A stretch of DNA of 37,905 nucleotides from an uncultured Acidimicrobiales bacterium (GCA_964612655.1 CAZTDG010000004.1:9600-47504); one strand, 5' to 3'. Positions 9,410-18,054 are shown, counted from the stretch's first letter. Notes: a model not told the origin generated them from the sequence alone. A program made the numbers and translations.

Positions 9410-10276
9410 TTAGGCGTGCGACGACGCTCCGAGGCAGCTCGGACCCTCGCGTTCTTGGCCGGTTGTGTTCACACCAATGGCCGGGCCATTGATGATATTG
9501 CCGGTGTCAACGGTGAGAACTCCACCGGAAACATCCATCGCCATGAAGTCCATGCCACGAGGTGCCGGACCGCCACGCTTTTCGCCTACTCGGTTGTAGA
9601 CCGAACCGTGGCACGGGCACTCGAAGAACTGTGAGCTACCGCATTCAGGTACACGGCAACCGAGGTGTGGGCACTTCTGGAACACGGCCTTCACGCCAGC
9701 TTGGATACCAGGCCACGCTGGGGTTGAGGCATAGATCGGTGCGCCAGCTTCGAGTGATCCCACGGGATACTCGGTGAGATACATACGACCCTCGGGCAGA
9801 TACAAGAAACCGTTGTTCGAACGGATGCTTGCGATCACGTCGGGGATCGGGCCGACCGTAATCGGGTTACCGAAGCCCTCGCCTGCGCCCGGCCACAGCT
9901 GAGCGATAACGGCGAGGCCGAAACCGGTCAGGTTGAGACCGAAGACCGCAATGATGGCTCGGTTCAAGAACTGACGACGAGCAACACCGATCTCTTGGGG
10001 ATCTGGCGCTACCCACGGCTCGATTTCATCCTGTGGGACAGCGATTTCGCTCTTGCGACGCTCAAGGGCCACAGACTTCTCGACGTCACGGCCGGTAACA
10101 CCGCCTTCAACCGCGGCTGCACCGACGGCGGACTTAACCCGCTCGCGGTCACGACGCCGTGTCTCAGCGGACACTTCATTGATCGCGCTCGATGCGTCCT
10201 GTCTACGGGACGCAGCGAACAATCCGATGGCAGCCAGTGCTACCAGGATTACTACTGCAACAATTATGAATATCAC
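9410..10276 (-). CDS. Rieske [2Fe-2S] protein of a Rieske/cytochrome b complex
   Basis: CPHLGC and CPCHGS boxes, GPAPRGM; internal RRQFLN followed by a TM helix, plus an extra N-terminal TM. Confidence 0.95.
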   Translation of the reverse strand: MIFIIVAVVILVALAAIGLFAASRRQDASSAINEVSAETRRRDRERVKSAVGAAAVEGGVTGRDVEKSVALERRKSEIAVPQDEIEPWVAPDPQEIGVARRQFLNRAIIAVFGLNLTGFGLAVIAQLWPGAGEGFGNPITVGPIPDVIASIRSNNGFLYLPEGRMYLTEYPVGSLEAGAPIYASTPAWPGIQAGVKAVFQKCPHLGCRVPECGSSQFFECPCHGSVYNRVGEKRGGPAPRGMDFMAMDVSGGVLTVDTGNIINGPAIGVNTTGQEREGPSCLGASSHA

Positions 10277-10288
10277 TACCAGCTCCTT

Positions 10289-11089
10289 TTAGAACTCGAA
10301 GAACAGACCATCTCGCCAAGGGAAGACAAAGTTGAATCCCGGACCTCGGAAGAACGAACCAATCATCGTGAGAACAGCCCAATACATCAGGTGTACCGTT
10401 TGTAACGAGATAGCGAACTTGCGATCTTCCGGCTTCATAGAAGGGTTTCGATCGATGTAAGGAGCCAGAATCAGCAAAATCATGCCCATTCCGGGAATAG
10501 TCACCCCTGCGACCTGTGGATGGAACAGCGTCAGAAGCTCCTGGAGGCCCAAGAAATACCACGGTGCCTTGGACGGATTCGGCGTTTCATTGAAGTTTGC
10601 GAGCTCCAACAACGGTGCGTTTACAAAGACCGAGAAGATCAAGATGAACGCCAACACGAACAAACAGCACACGAACTCGACGACGAGTAGGTGAGGCCAG
10701 GTGTGGACCTTGTCCTGTGGGACGGCCTTGACGTCTTGGATCGATCCGGACTTGACCACCGTCAACAGCCGTTGCGTGTGGCCACCGGGGCCTGTTGCGA
10801 TCGGCGCTGGAGCAGCGGCAACTGCGGTGGCAACTCCGCCACCAGCAGCAGGAGCGGCTTCTGCGGTGGCTGCCGGCTCTACGGCACCGCCACCATCGGC
10901 CTTGGACTTCGCTGCCTTTGAGCGTGCCAAGAGATGCGCAGGAATCTTTGATGCTGCTTCGCTCTTCGGTGCGTCGTCGGACGCTTCCGCAGCTGGAGCT
11001 GCCGCTTCGGCTGGAGCATCATCGGATGCTGCAGCTTTCGCACGTGCCTCGGCGGCTCGTTTACGAAGATGTTCAGGGATTTCAGTCAT
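10289..11089 (-). CDS. Cytochrome b C-terminal subunit (subunit IV/PetD-like) with low-complexity N-terminal extension
   Basis: WPHLL, APLLELANFNETPNPSKAPWYFLGLQE, PYIDRNP; three TM segments; immediately after the cytochrome b6-like gene. Confidence 0.9.
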   Translation of the reverse strand: MTEIPEHLRKRAAEARAKAAASDDAPAEAAAPAAEASDDAPKSEAASKIPAHLLARSKAAKSKADGGGAVEPAATAEAAPAAGGGVATAVAAAPAPIATGPGGHTQRLLTVVKSGSIQDVKAVPQDKVHTWPHLLVVEFVCCLFVLAFILIFSVFVNAPLLELANFNETPNPSKAPWYFLGLQELLTLFHPQVAGVTIPGMGMILLILAPYIDRNPSMKPEDRKFAISLQTVHLMYWAVLTMIGSFFRGPGFNFVFPWRDGLFFEF

Positions 11090-11107
11090 GTCTCAATTCC
11101 CTTTCGA

Positions 11108-11896
11108 CTAGAGCGGTCCGGAGATTCCGCCGTCTTTGCGGACTCTCCAGAAGTGGATGGCCATAAAGATGACGGTGACGAACGGTAAGAACAGAACGTG
11201 CAGCACGTACCAGCGGAGCAACGTGTCCGTTCCGATTTCGACACCACCGAGTAGTACGAATCGGACTTGTTCACCAAAGACGGGTGTAAAGCCCATCATG
11301 TTGGTTCCCACGGTCACAGCCCATAGTGCGAGCTGGTCCCATGGTAGGAGATAGCCGGTGAAAGAAAGCAGCAGGGTGAACTGCAACAACATCACACCAA
11401 TAACCCAGTTGAATTCACGCGGTGCCTTGTAGGCGCCGTGGTAGAAGACGCGGGCCATATGCAAGAACACCGATAGCACCATGAGGTGAGCCGCCCATCG
11501 ATGCATGTTGCGTACGAGCAGACCGAAGGTCACGGCGCTTTGGAGCGCAAAGATGTCGTCCCAGGCTTGGGCTGCGGTCGGCCGGTAGAAGAACATCAAG
11601 AAGATGCCGGTGACCGTCAAGAGGATGAAGGTGAAGAAGCTGATGCCACCGAGGCACAGCGTGTAGCTGACCTTGACCGCGTGACGCTTCACCTTGACCG
11701 GGTGCAAGTGATACAGCACCGAGTTCATGATCACGTAGGACCGGTTACGAGGGCTATCGCTGTAGCCCTTGCGGAAGATCGAACCGGGACGGAAGATCGA
11801 GCTCCAGGCCTGTGAGCCTTGAGTCTGATCAATCAGTTCGTTCGTCTTCTTTTGGATCTGTGCCGAAACCGGCAACTTGTTCTGGTCTTTTGCCAC
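11108..11896 (-). CDS. Cytochrome b6-like N-terminal subunit (4 TM)
   Basis: YTLCLGG, RNMHRWAAHLMVLSVFLH, FTGYLLPWDQ, LHVLFLPFVTVIFMAIH, C-terminal GISGPL; GTG start. Confidence 0.95.
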   Translation of the reverse strand: MAKDQNKLPVSAQIQKKTNELIDQTQGSQAWSSIFRPGSIFRKGYSDSPRNRSYVIMNSVLYHLHPVKVKRHAVKVSYTLCLGGISFFTFILLTVTGIFLMFFYRPTAAQAWDDIFALQSAVTFGLLVRNMHRWAAHLMVLSVFLHMARVFYHGAYKAPREFNWVIGVMLLQFTLLLSFTGYLLPWDQLALWAVTVGTNMMGFTPVFGEQVRFVLLGGVEIGTDTLLRWYVLHVLFLPFVTVIFMAIHFWRVRKDGGISGPL

Positions 11897-11940
11897 GAAT
11901 CAGAACCCCTCAGTAAGCGTCGTGTTTGTAAAGAAATCGT

Positions 11941-12357
11941 TCATCCGAGCCGCATTCCGTAGCCGTAGCCATGGGTGTTTGTGCGCTGGTGGTAATCGCC
12001 GTTGGGATCAGGGTCGCTGATCTTGCCCAAGATGATCACACCGGTCGGACAGCGATCGACACACAGTGCGCACCTGGTGCACACGTCGTCGTCGATCGTA
12101 AAGATGACATTGTCGGATGGATCGAGACCGGGTTGTTCGGTTCCGATCGCTTCATCGATAGCCGTGGGCGACACCATATGGATGCACTTCCACGGGCAAA
12201 TATCGACACAGCCTTCGCACATGATGCACTCGGACTGATCGATATGAATGAACTGCTTTGGCTTGACCGCCGCCGATAGCCATGCCGCGTCGACTTCCTG
12301 CAGGACGTAATCGTCCCGGAATTCCGGCATCGGGGGATTGGCATCGGTGACCGACAC
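11941..12357 (-). CDS. 2x[4Fe-4S] dicluster ferredoxin
   Basis: CIMCEGCVDICP and CTRCALCVDRCP; no signal peptide or TM. Confidence 0.93.
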   Translation of the reverse strand: MSVTDANPPMPEFRDDYVLQEVDAAWLSAAVKPKQFIHIDQSECIMCEGCVDICPWKCIHMVSPTAIDEAIGTEQPGLDPSDNVIFTIDDDVCTRCALCVDRCPTGVIILGKISDPDPNGDYHQRTNTHGYGYGMRLG

Positions 12358-12360
12358 GGC

Positions 12361-12816
12361 TTAGCTCACACCTTCTCGCACGAGCGGACGCCCGAACTCA
12401 GATGGTGCCTCGGTTGCCTGCTCGGTTGCGGCAGCGCGTGCATCTCGGGTCTGCCAGTGATTCCAGTAGAAGATGTTGGCGCCGAGGAACGCTATGTAGA
12501 TGCTGACCGAAATGAGGTCACGCAACACGATGAAAGGAATATTGAACGGGAAGAAGCCGCCGTTGGATTGCGAGCGAAGCAGTCCGAACAATTCGAAGTT
12601 GCGGTCGGCCCGCCAGTTGAGACCGCCGTCGGCCCACTGAAGCCAGAAGTGCGGCACTACCCCGTAGATCCAGAAGAAGATTGCGAAGACGTACGTCGAG
12701 GCAATCATCGCTTCGCCCCATGTCATCTGCTTATTGACCGGAGTGCGCTTCTCGTACCAGTGGTAAACGCTCACCATCAAGGCGGTGACGACCAACGAAA
12801 CAATGAACTCAGCCAT
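12361..12816 (-). CDS. Small aromatic-rich membrane protein of unknown function (about 3 TM), first gene of the cluster
   Basis: Three hydrophobic segments; AGGAG upstream; 3-bp gap to the ferredoxin gene. Confidence 0.8.
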   Translation of the reverse strand: MAEFIVSLVVTALMVSVYHWYEKRTPVNKQMTWGEAMIASTYVFAIFFWIYGVVPHFWLQWADGGLNWRADRNFELFGLLRSQSNGGFFPFNIPFIVLRDLISVSIYIAFLGANIFYWNHWQTRDARAAATEQATEAPSEFGRPLVREGVS

Positions 12817-12898
12817 GTCGTGCGCTCTCCTCGCTCGGTAATTTCAGGGTTGTCTTCGTAAAGTCTTCCACGATTACTATCGGCCGCGAGGCCAGCGC

Positions 12899-12921
12899 TC
12901 GTGAATGTAAGCACAAGTGTA
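12899..12921 (-). promoter_or_regulatory. Putative -10 (TACACT, 12921-12916) with adjacent Rex-like operator (12899-12916)
   Basis: Plus strand TCGTGAA-TGTA-AGCACAA versus Rex consensus TTGTGAA-N4-TTCACAA (11 of 14 matches); covers the predicted start site. Confidence 0.5.
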
Positions 12922-13195
12922 GTCGGAGCGGGAATAACTTAATCGCTCGCGACCAGTGGTTTATCGCGTAAATCGTAGTCGAGCCGATATCGGCGAGTGG
13001 TGACAAACGTCGCTCCCGATAGTTCTGCCGCGACTCGATTCCACCCATCGCATCCTCCTAGGCTTCACATTTGTTGCCACGGCTTCGCTATCGTGAGATT
13101 TGCGCGGCCAAACCCAACGCTGTTGGCCGAGAAGGCCGTACGCTTTCGAGGGCGATATTCGTCCCCAATGTTGCACGTCGAAGAGGAGACGTCTG

Positions 13196-14047
13196 ATGAC
13201 CGAAATCCCGGAACATCTGCTGAAGCGTTCGAAAGAGCGTAAGGCGGCGCTGTCTGGGGAGTCCGGCGACGCCGAGGCTCCGGCTGAAACCTCAGAAGCC
13301 TCGACCGCGGTCGAGCCAGCCGCTGCACCATCTGCAGCACCAGCGGTCGCCCCCGCACCCGTTCCTGATATTGCGGCCGAGCCCGAGCCTGTCAAGGTCG
13401 CCCCTTACGTTCAGCAGTTCGAAGAGCGCAAGAAGATGCCGTTCTGGATCGCACCTGTCTTGCTGGCACTTCCGGTATGGGCGTTGTTCTATGTCGGAAC
13501 CCTGGAACGAGTTCCCCAAGGTCTCACCGGTCTGCTCGGCGAAGGCGAAGAGCTCTATATCGAATCGGGCTGCTCGGGTTGTCACGGCGCTGAAGGCGGC
13601 GGCGGTATCGGCCCAGCCCTTGCGAACGGCGAAGTACACATCACCTTCACATCGATCGAAGATCAGATGGCCTGGATCGCTCGCGGTTCGGCAATCGTGG
13701 GCACCGGCAACAACTACGCATCGCCCGACTCGCTTCGTCAGCGCCCAGTCGCTGGCCAAATGCCTGGCTACGGCATCGACGGCTCGACCTCGCTCAACGT
13801 CGAGGAGTTGCTCGCTGTCACCCTGTACGAGCGCACGCAACTCGAACCAAACGAGGAAATCGCCGAAGAAGAGATTCTCTTCGCCGAGGCGATGAACCTG
13901 TTGCTCGAAACCGGCGAACTCGAGGGAATGCTCGAAGAGGACGGGCTCACCATCGAAGATGTTTTCGACGGCCAGACCGTCACTTCCGAACAGATTGCCG
14001 AGTATTTGGCGCCTGTTCGAGAAGCGATCGCTGGCGAGGCCAGCTGA
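13196..14047 (+). CDS. Membrane-anchored monoheme cytochrome c
   Basis: GAGGAG RBS before ATG 13196; one TM; CSGCH...GPAL...GQMPGYG. Confidence 0.9.
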   Translation: MTEIPEHLLKRSKERKAALSGESGDAEAPAETSEASTAVEPAAAPSAAPAVAPAPVPDIAAEPEPVKVAPYVQQFEERKKMPFWIAPVLLALPVWALFYVGTLERVPQGLTGLLGEGEELYIESGCSGCHGAEGGGGIGPALANGEVHITFTSIEDQMAWIARGSAIVGTGNNYASPDSLRQRPVAGQMPGYGIDGSTSLNVEELLAVTLYERTQLEPNEEIAEEEILFAEAMNLLLETGELEGMLEEDGLTIEDVFDGQTVTSEQIAEYLAPVREAIAGEAS

Positions 14048-14051
14048 TCGA

Positions 14052-14495
14052 ATGACCGCTGCGACGTTCCCCGGTGAGGTTCGCAGCCATCAGCGTTATT
14101 TCCATGCGGTGCGATCTCATCGCGCCACGCCCGCCATCACACTCGCCGGGGTCTGCGCCGTCGCTGCCTTTACGGAGGCTGGCGCCGACGAAGGCGTGGT
14201 GTTGTGCCCGTTCCGGCTAGCGACCGGCGGTTGGTGCCCAGGCTGTGGCTGCACCCGAGCGTTGGGTGCCCTGATTCGAGGCGACGTGAGCGGGTCGTTC
14301 GCGTACAACCCGTGGTCGATGATCCTGCTCGCTCAAGCGACCGTGATCGCCGGTTGGGTTATGGCCGCTCCCGAGAGCGCAAAGGCGTGGTGGACACACC
14401 GCGGGATACACCTCATCGTCGCGAACCTGGTCCTCGCCGTTTTGATCTGGATTCCTCGCCTCGTCGGCGGAGTCATCCCACTGCCCTTTAGCTAA
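14052..14495 (+). CDS. DUF2752-like membrane protein
   Basis: CPFRLATGGWCPGCGCTRA...YNP motif with TM segments; start uncertain (ATG 14052 or a later GTG). Confidence 0.75.
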   Translation: MTAATFPGEVRSHQRYFHAVRSHRATPAITLAGVCAVAAFTEAGADEGVVLCPFRLATGGWCPGCGCTRALGALIRGDVSGSFAYNPWSMILLAQATVIAGWVMAAPESAKAWWTHRGIHLIVANLVLAVLIWIPRLVGGVIPLPFS

Positions 14496-14530
14496 CCGGC
14501 CCCTTAGCTGACCAGGCTCCAGCTAACCGC
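14483..14530. repeat. Three imperfect ~16-bp tandem repeats at a convergent junction
   Basis: gccctttAGCTAACCg / gccccttAGCTGACCa / ggctccAGCTAACCgc. Confidence 0.5.
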
Positions 14531-17444
14531 CTGGCACGTTTCGTACATCGACCCGGTCGGTGTCTGAAACGAGGGTGTCGAAGAAGTCGATTAGGTCGTC
14601 GAGATCGATATCGGCAAGCGCATCGACTTGGGCTTGGCGGGTGAGGATTCGCTCTTCGGACTCTCGTGCTTCGTCGAACAACGACGCGATGTAGAACCCG
14701 TTCGTGACGAAGTTGAACTCCGACTGCAGGATCGACACCGCTTCGTCGAAGTCGGTTTCCGATATCTGTCCGCTTCTGATCGACTCGAGTTCACCAATGA
14801 CCGTTCCGGCGATCTCATCGACACGTCCGGGGTCCCCGTCGATCGAGATGAATAGCTCCACCTCTTCGCCAGGATCCGAGAACTCCACCCCTGCGCCGCC
14901 CCCGTAGCTTGCACCGAGCTCCTCGCGAATGACGGTGAAGATTCGGTCGTTGAGGATGGTGGATGCCAGCTCCGCGAGCACTTGGTTACGGATCGTCTCG
15001 TCGCTCTCCCCCACCACCAATAGCCGGTACGACCCGCTCGACGCTCCCGACCCGACATCGAGACGCTCGTCGACCAACCCCGGAAGCGACGGCTGCTCGG
15101 GGTTGTCTTGGTTGGCTGGGGCGGGGAGTGTGCCGATCCATTGGCGTGACAGTTCGACGATGGTGTCCTGGTCGGCATCTCCGACTATCACGAACACGTG
15201 GTCATCGAGTGAATCGAATCGGTCCCGCCAGATATCGAGGGCTCGATCCGGCGTGAAGGCATCGAGAGCGTCCAGCGTGGGCGCTGCGGCCAGCGCCCCT
15301 CCCCCAGTACGCCCGTCCTGGAGTGCGATGTTTGCCGCCGTCGAGGAATCGACCTGTGCCCGGTCCACGCGATCCCGCGCAGACTCGACCTGCTGGCGGA
15401 AGGGCACGTCATCAACTCGAGGTTCGGTGAGCTGGAGATGGATCAGTTCGAACAGGGTTTCGAGGTCCTCGGTTGATGAGGTGGCCGAAACGCCTTCGGA
15501 GAAGTCGGCGACGTAGGGAGAGACGCTCACGTCCAAGTCGGAAAGGAACCGTCGGATTTGGACCGCGTCCCACTCGCCTGCGCCGCTGGCCGTAACCGCG
15601 CTCACGGCCACGCTGGAGAGCGCGCCATCGTCGCTACTCAACACGGCCCGACCGCCCGGCGACTCAGAGACGACGAACACCTCGCCTTGAGAGATGTTCG
15701 ATTCGGTGAACAATACGCGTGCACCGTTTTCGAACGTCAGCTCGACGCCGTCATTGCTAACCAGGTTGCGTCGCCCAATCTCCTCGACCGGGTCAGGGTC
15801 GGCGAGTAGGTCGTCGATCTCTGCGATGTCGTCGACAAACCCGTCCGCCACCGAAAGCTCCGCACGTCCGATTGCCGCGGCGATGTCTTCGACGGTGCCG
15901 GTTCGCTCCGCATCGGGGCCCGCCACGATGACGATCGGCGCACTCGAGGTGATCAGCCATCCGTAGTGTTCGTTGACCGCATCGATATCGAGATCGTCGA
16001 TGAAGTCGAGCGTGTCGTCTACAACATCGTCGACCCCTCGGAGGTCGGTTCCGCCCAGGAAATGCTGGATTATCTCGTCGGCGAACTGTCCATCTTGGAC
16101 GGTGTTGAACCCTGCTGCTCGCTGCTCGACTGAGCTCGCAATCACTTGGGTTGCTCGATCTAATTCGGCTTGGGTGAATGGGTTCTGCACGCTGGCTCGG
16201 AGCTCGGCGAGGAAGACTTCGGTACCGGCGGTGAAGTCATCGGCGTCGAGGTTGAACCCGAGATAGCTCAACCCGCGATTGCGTTGGAACCACCCGCCTC
16301 CAGCGCGACGAAGATCGAGCCGGCCCGAGTTGACGGCCTCGACGAGCCGGTTGTTGATCATGATGCCCGAGATGATGTCGGTGAGCTGTAGCTCCGCCCC
16401 GCCGACGGTCGTCGTGTCCCACGTGGGGATGGGGATGTCCACGCTGATGAACGAATCGGCAAAGCTCGGTTCGACCACGACGTCAACCCATGGAACTTGT
16501 CGCAGTTGGTCGAGGGAGATGTCGGGCGCATCCGGAGTGGTACCGCGGTCTTCGATCTCGTCGAATCGGTCGATGATGAGCTCTTCGAGGTCATCGAGGC
16601 TCCGATCACCGACGGCAACCACCGCCATGTTGTCGGGTCGGTACCAGTCGTCGTAGAAGGTTCGAAGATCGTTCGACGTGATCGCGTCTACCGTCTCGGG
16701 CGTGCCGATGATGTTGGTTCCCTCGAAGGGAGTGTCGGCGAAGTAGGCGAGGTCGAAGGCTTGGTTGACCAACCCATCGCCCGACTCTTCACGCAAGCGA
16801 AGCTCTTCTCGGACCACCGGTGCTTCCGCGGCAACTTGATCGGGGGCGAGCGTTGCGGCCGACGCCCACTGGCTCAGAACGTCGAAGGCGATCTCGACGT
16901 TGTCGTTTCGGTCTTCGACGTCGAGTTGGTAGACGGTCTCGGTGTCGCTGGTGAAGGCGTTGAAGTCTGGGCCGATCTCGGCTCCAATGCTTCGCAACGT
17001 GTCGTCGAGGGTGTTTCCAGGAAACTGCTCGGTGCCGTTGAACATCATGTGTTCAAGGAAATGGGCGGTGCCTGTGCCGACCGGCGTCTCGTGCACTCCC
17101 CCGGCCCGAATGGCGAGCCGCAACGACACCGACGACCCCGGGCTGTCGTTCGAGCGCACGAAGTAGGTGAGTCCGTTGTCGAGGGTTCCGATTCTGATGT
17201 CGTCATCGACATCGAGCGCGGTGTCGTCGATCTCGGTCGGGCCGGCAAAGTCACCGAGGCCGACGAACCCGGCGTCGCCGCCATCTTCATCGCCGTCGGG
17301 CGAATCTCCGGAATCGTCCGGGTCGTCCGAGCTTGAATCCGGGGCCGAACCCGACGCTTCGCCCGGGTCGGACGTACACGCGGCAGCCATCAGCGCCGAT
17401 ACGACGACCAACGCGAGCACTCCTATGACCGACCGTTTTGCCAT
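14523..17444 (-). CDS. M16 (insulinase/PqqL-like) zinc peptidase, predicted lipoprotein
   Basis: Inverted zinc motif HFLEH, FNAFT, WYRPDNMAVVAVGD, IREELGASYG; signal MAKRSVIGVLALVVVSALMAAA-C from ATG 17444. Confidence 0.9.
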   Translation of the reverse strand: MAKRSVIGVLALVVVSALMAAACTSDPGEASGSAPDSSSDDPDDSGDSPDGDEDGGDAGFVGLGDFAGPTEIDDTALDVDDDIRIGTLDNGLTYFVRSNDSPGSSVSLRLAIRAGGVHETPVGTGTAHFLEHMMFNGTEQFPGNTLDDTLRSIGAEIGPDFNAFTSDTETVYQLDVEDRNDNVEIAFDVLSQWASAATLAPDQVAAEAPVVREELRLREESGDGLVNQAFDLAYFADTPFEGTNIIGTPETVDAITSNDLRTFYDDWYRPDNMAVVAVGDRSLDDLEELIIDRFDEIEDRGTTPDAPDISLDQLRQVPWVDVVVEPSFADSFISVDIPIPTWDTTTVGGAELQLTDIISGIMINNRLVEAVNSGRLDLRRAGGGWFQRNRGLSYLGFNLDADDFTAGTEVFLAELRASVQNPFTQAELDRATQVIASSVEQRAAGFNTVQDGQFADEIIQHFLGGTDLRGVDDVVDDTLDFIDDLDIDAVNEHYGWLITSSAPIVIVAGPDAERTGTVEDIAAAIGRAELSVADGFVDDIAEIDDLLADPDPVEEIGRRNLVSNDGVELTFENGARVLFTESNISQGEVFVVSESPGGRAVLSSDDGALSSVAVSAVTASGAGEWDAVQIRRFLSDLDVSVSPYVADFSEGVSATSSTEDLETLFELIHLQLTEPRVDDVPFRQQVESARDRVDRAQVDSSTAANIALQDGRTGGGALAAAPTLDALDAFTPDRALDIWRDRFDSLDDHVFVIVGDADQDTIVELSRQWIGTLPAPANQDNPEQPSLPGLVDERLDVGSGASSGSYRLLVVGESDETIRNQVLAELASTILNDRIFTVIREELGASYGGGAGVEFSDPGEEVELFISIDGDPGRVDEIAGTVIGELESIRSGQISETDFDEAVSILQSEFNFVTNGFYIASLFDEARESEERILTRQAQVDALADIDLDDLIDFFDTLVSDTDRVDVRNVPGG

Positions 17445-17550
17445 ACGCCAGTATCGGCCAGCATGGCCCGCTATAAACGCACCCCGCCGCAAAGCCCCCG
17501 GGTCAAGGCACCCGTACTTCTCGCAGGCAAGCACCGCCGGTGGTATGGAG

Positions 17551-18054
17551 TCATGAGTGCTCGACAGTGACCTCGCCAGGCGGGCGTGAACTGTCAAAGA
17601 CGATGGTCACCGTCTCACCTCGTGGCGCGAGGAGCTCACGGTCGATTGCGAACAACGATGCACCGGATAACTCAAAGTCCAGGCAGCCGCCATTTTCAGG
17701 TCCTTCGTTGAACATCACCTCGACACGAACGTCACCTCCATCGAATTGGAAATCGTTGTGGACCGCAGGCCCGCAACCTCCGCCGTCGTTGTAGAAGAAG
17801 AGCACGCTTTGGGTTTCGAAGTCGATTTGTCGCGCCGCGTCCGCTGCGGCTGGGGAGCTGAGGCCATCAAGGTCGTCTCTCTCAACGAACAGATCTACAT
17901 CACCAAAGGTGGTCTCCACCCCGTCGGCGTCCTCGAACCAACCAAGGTGCACCCAACCATCGCCTGAGGCCACCTGCACCGGCTCACCGTCGCCGCCGCA
18001 GGCGGCCAGCATGACCGCCATCGTGAGAACCCCGAAAACCAAAGAACGTCGCAT
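17551..18054 (-). CDS. Hypothetical lipoprotein
   Basis: MRRSLVFGVLTMAVMLAA-C lipobox from ATG 18054; acidic mature part with two further Cys. Confidence 0.7.
   Translation of the reverse strand: MRRSLVFGVLTMAVMLAACGGDGEPVQVASGDGWVHLGWFEDADGVETTFGDVDLFVERDDLDGLSSPAAADAARQIDFETQSVLFFYNDGGGCGPAVHNDFQFDGGDVRVEVMFNEGPENGGCLDFELSGASLFAIDRELLAPRGETVTIVFDSSRPPGEVTVEHS

Noticed and set aside
12809-13395. Small ORFs or ncRNA in the divergent intergenic region
   Set aside because: No recognisable motif, they overlap real genes or promoters, and I could not support a conserved RNA structure by eye.
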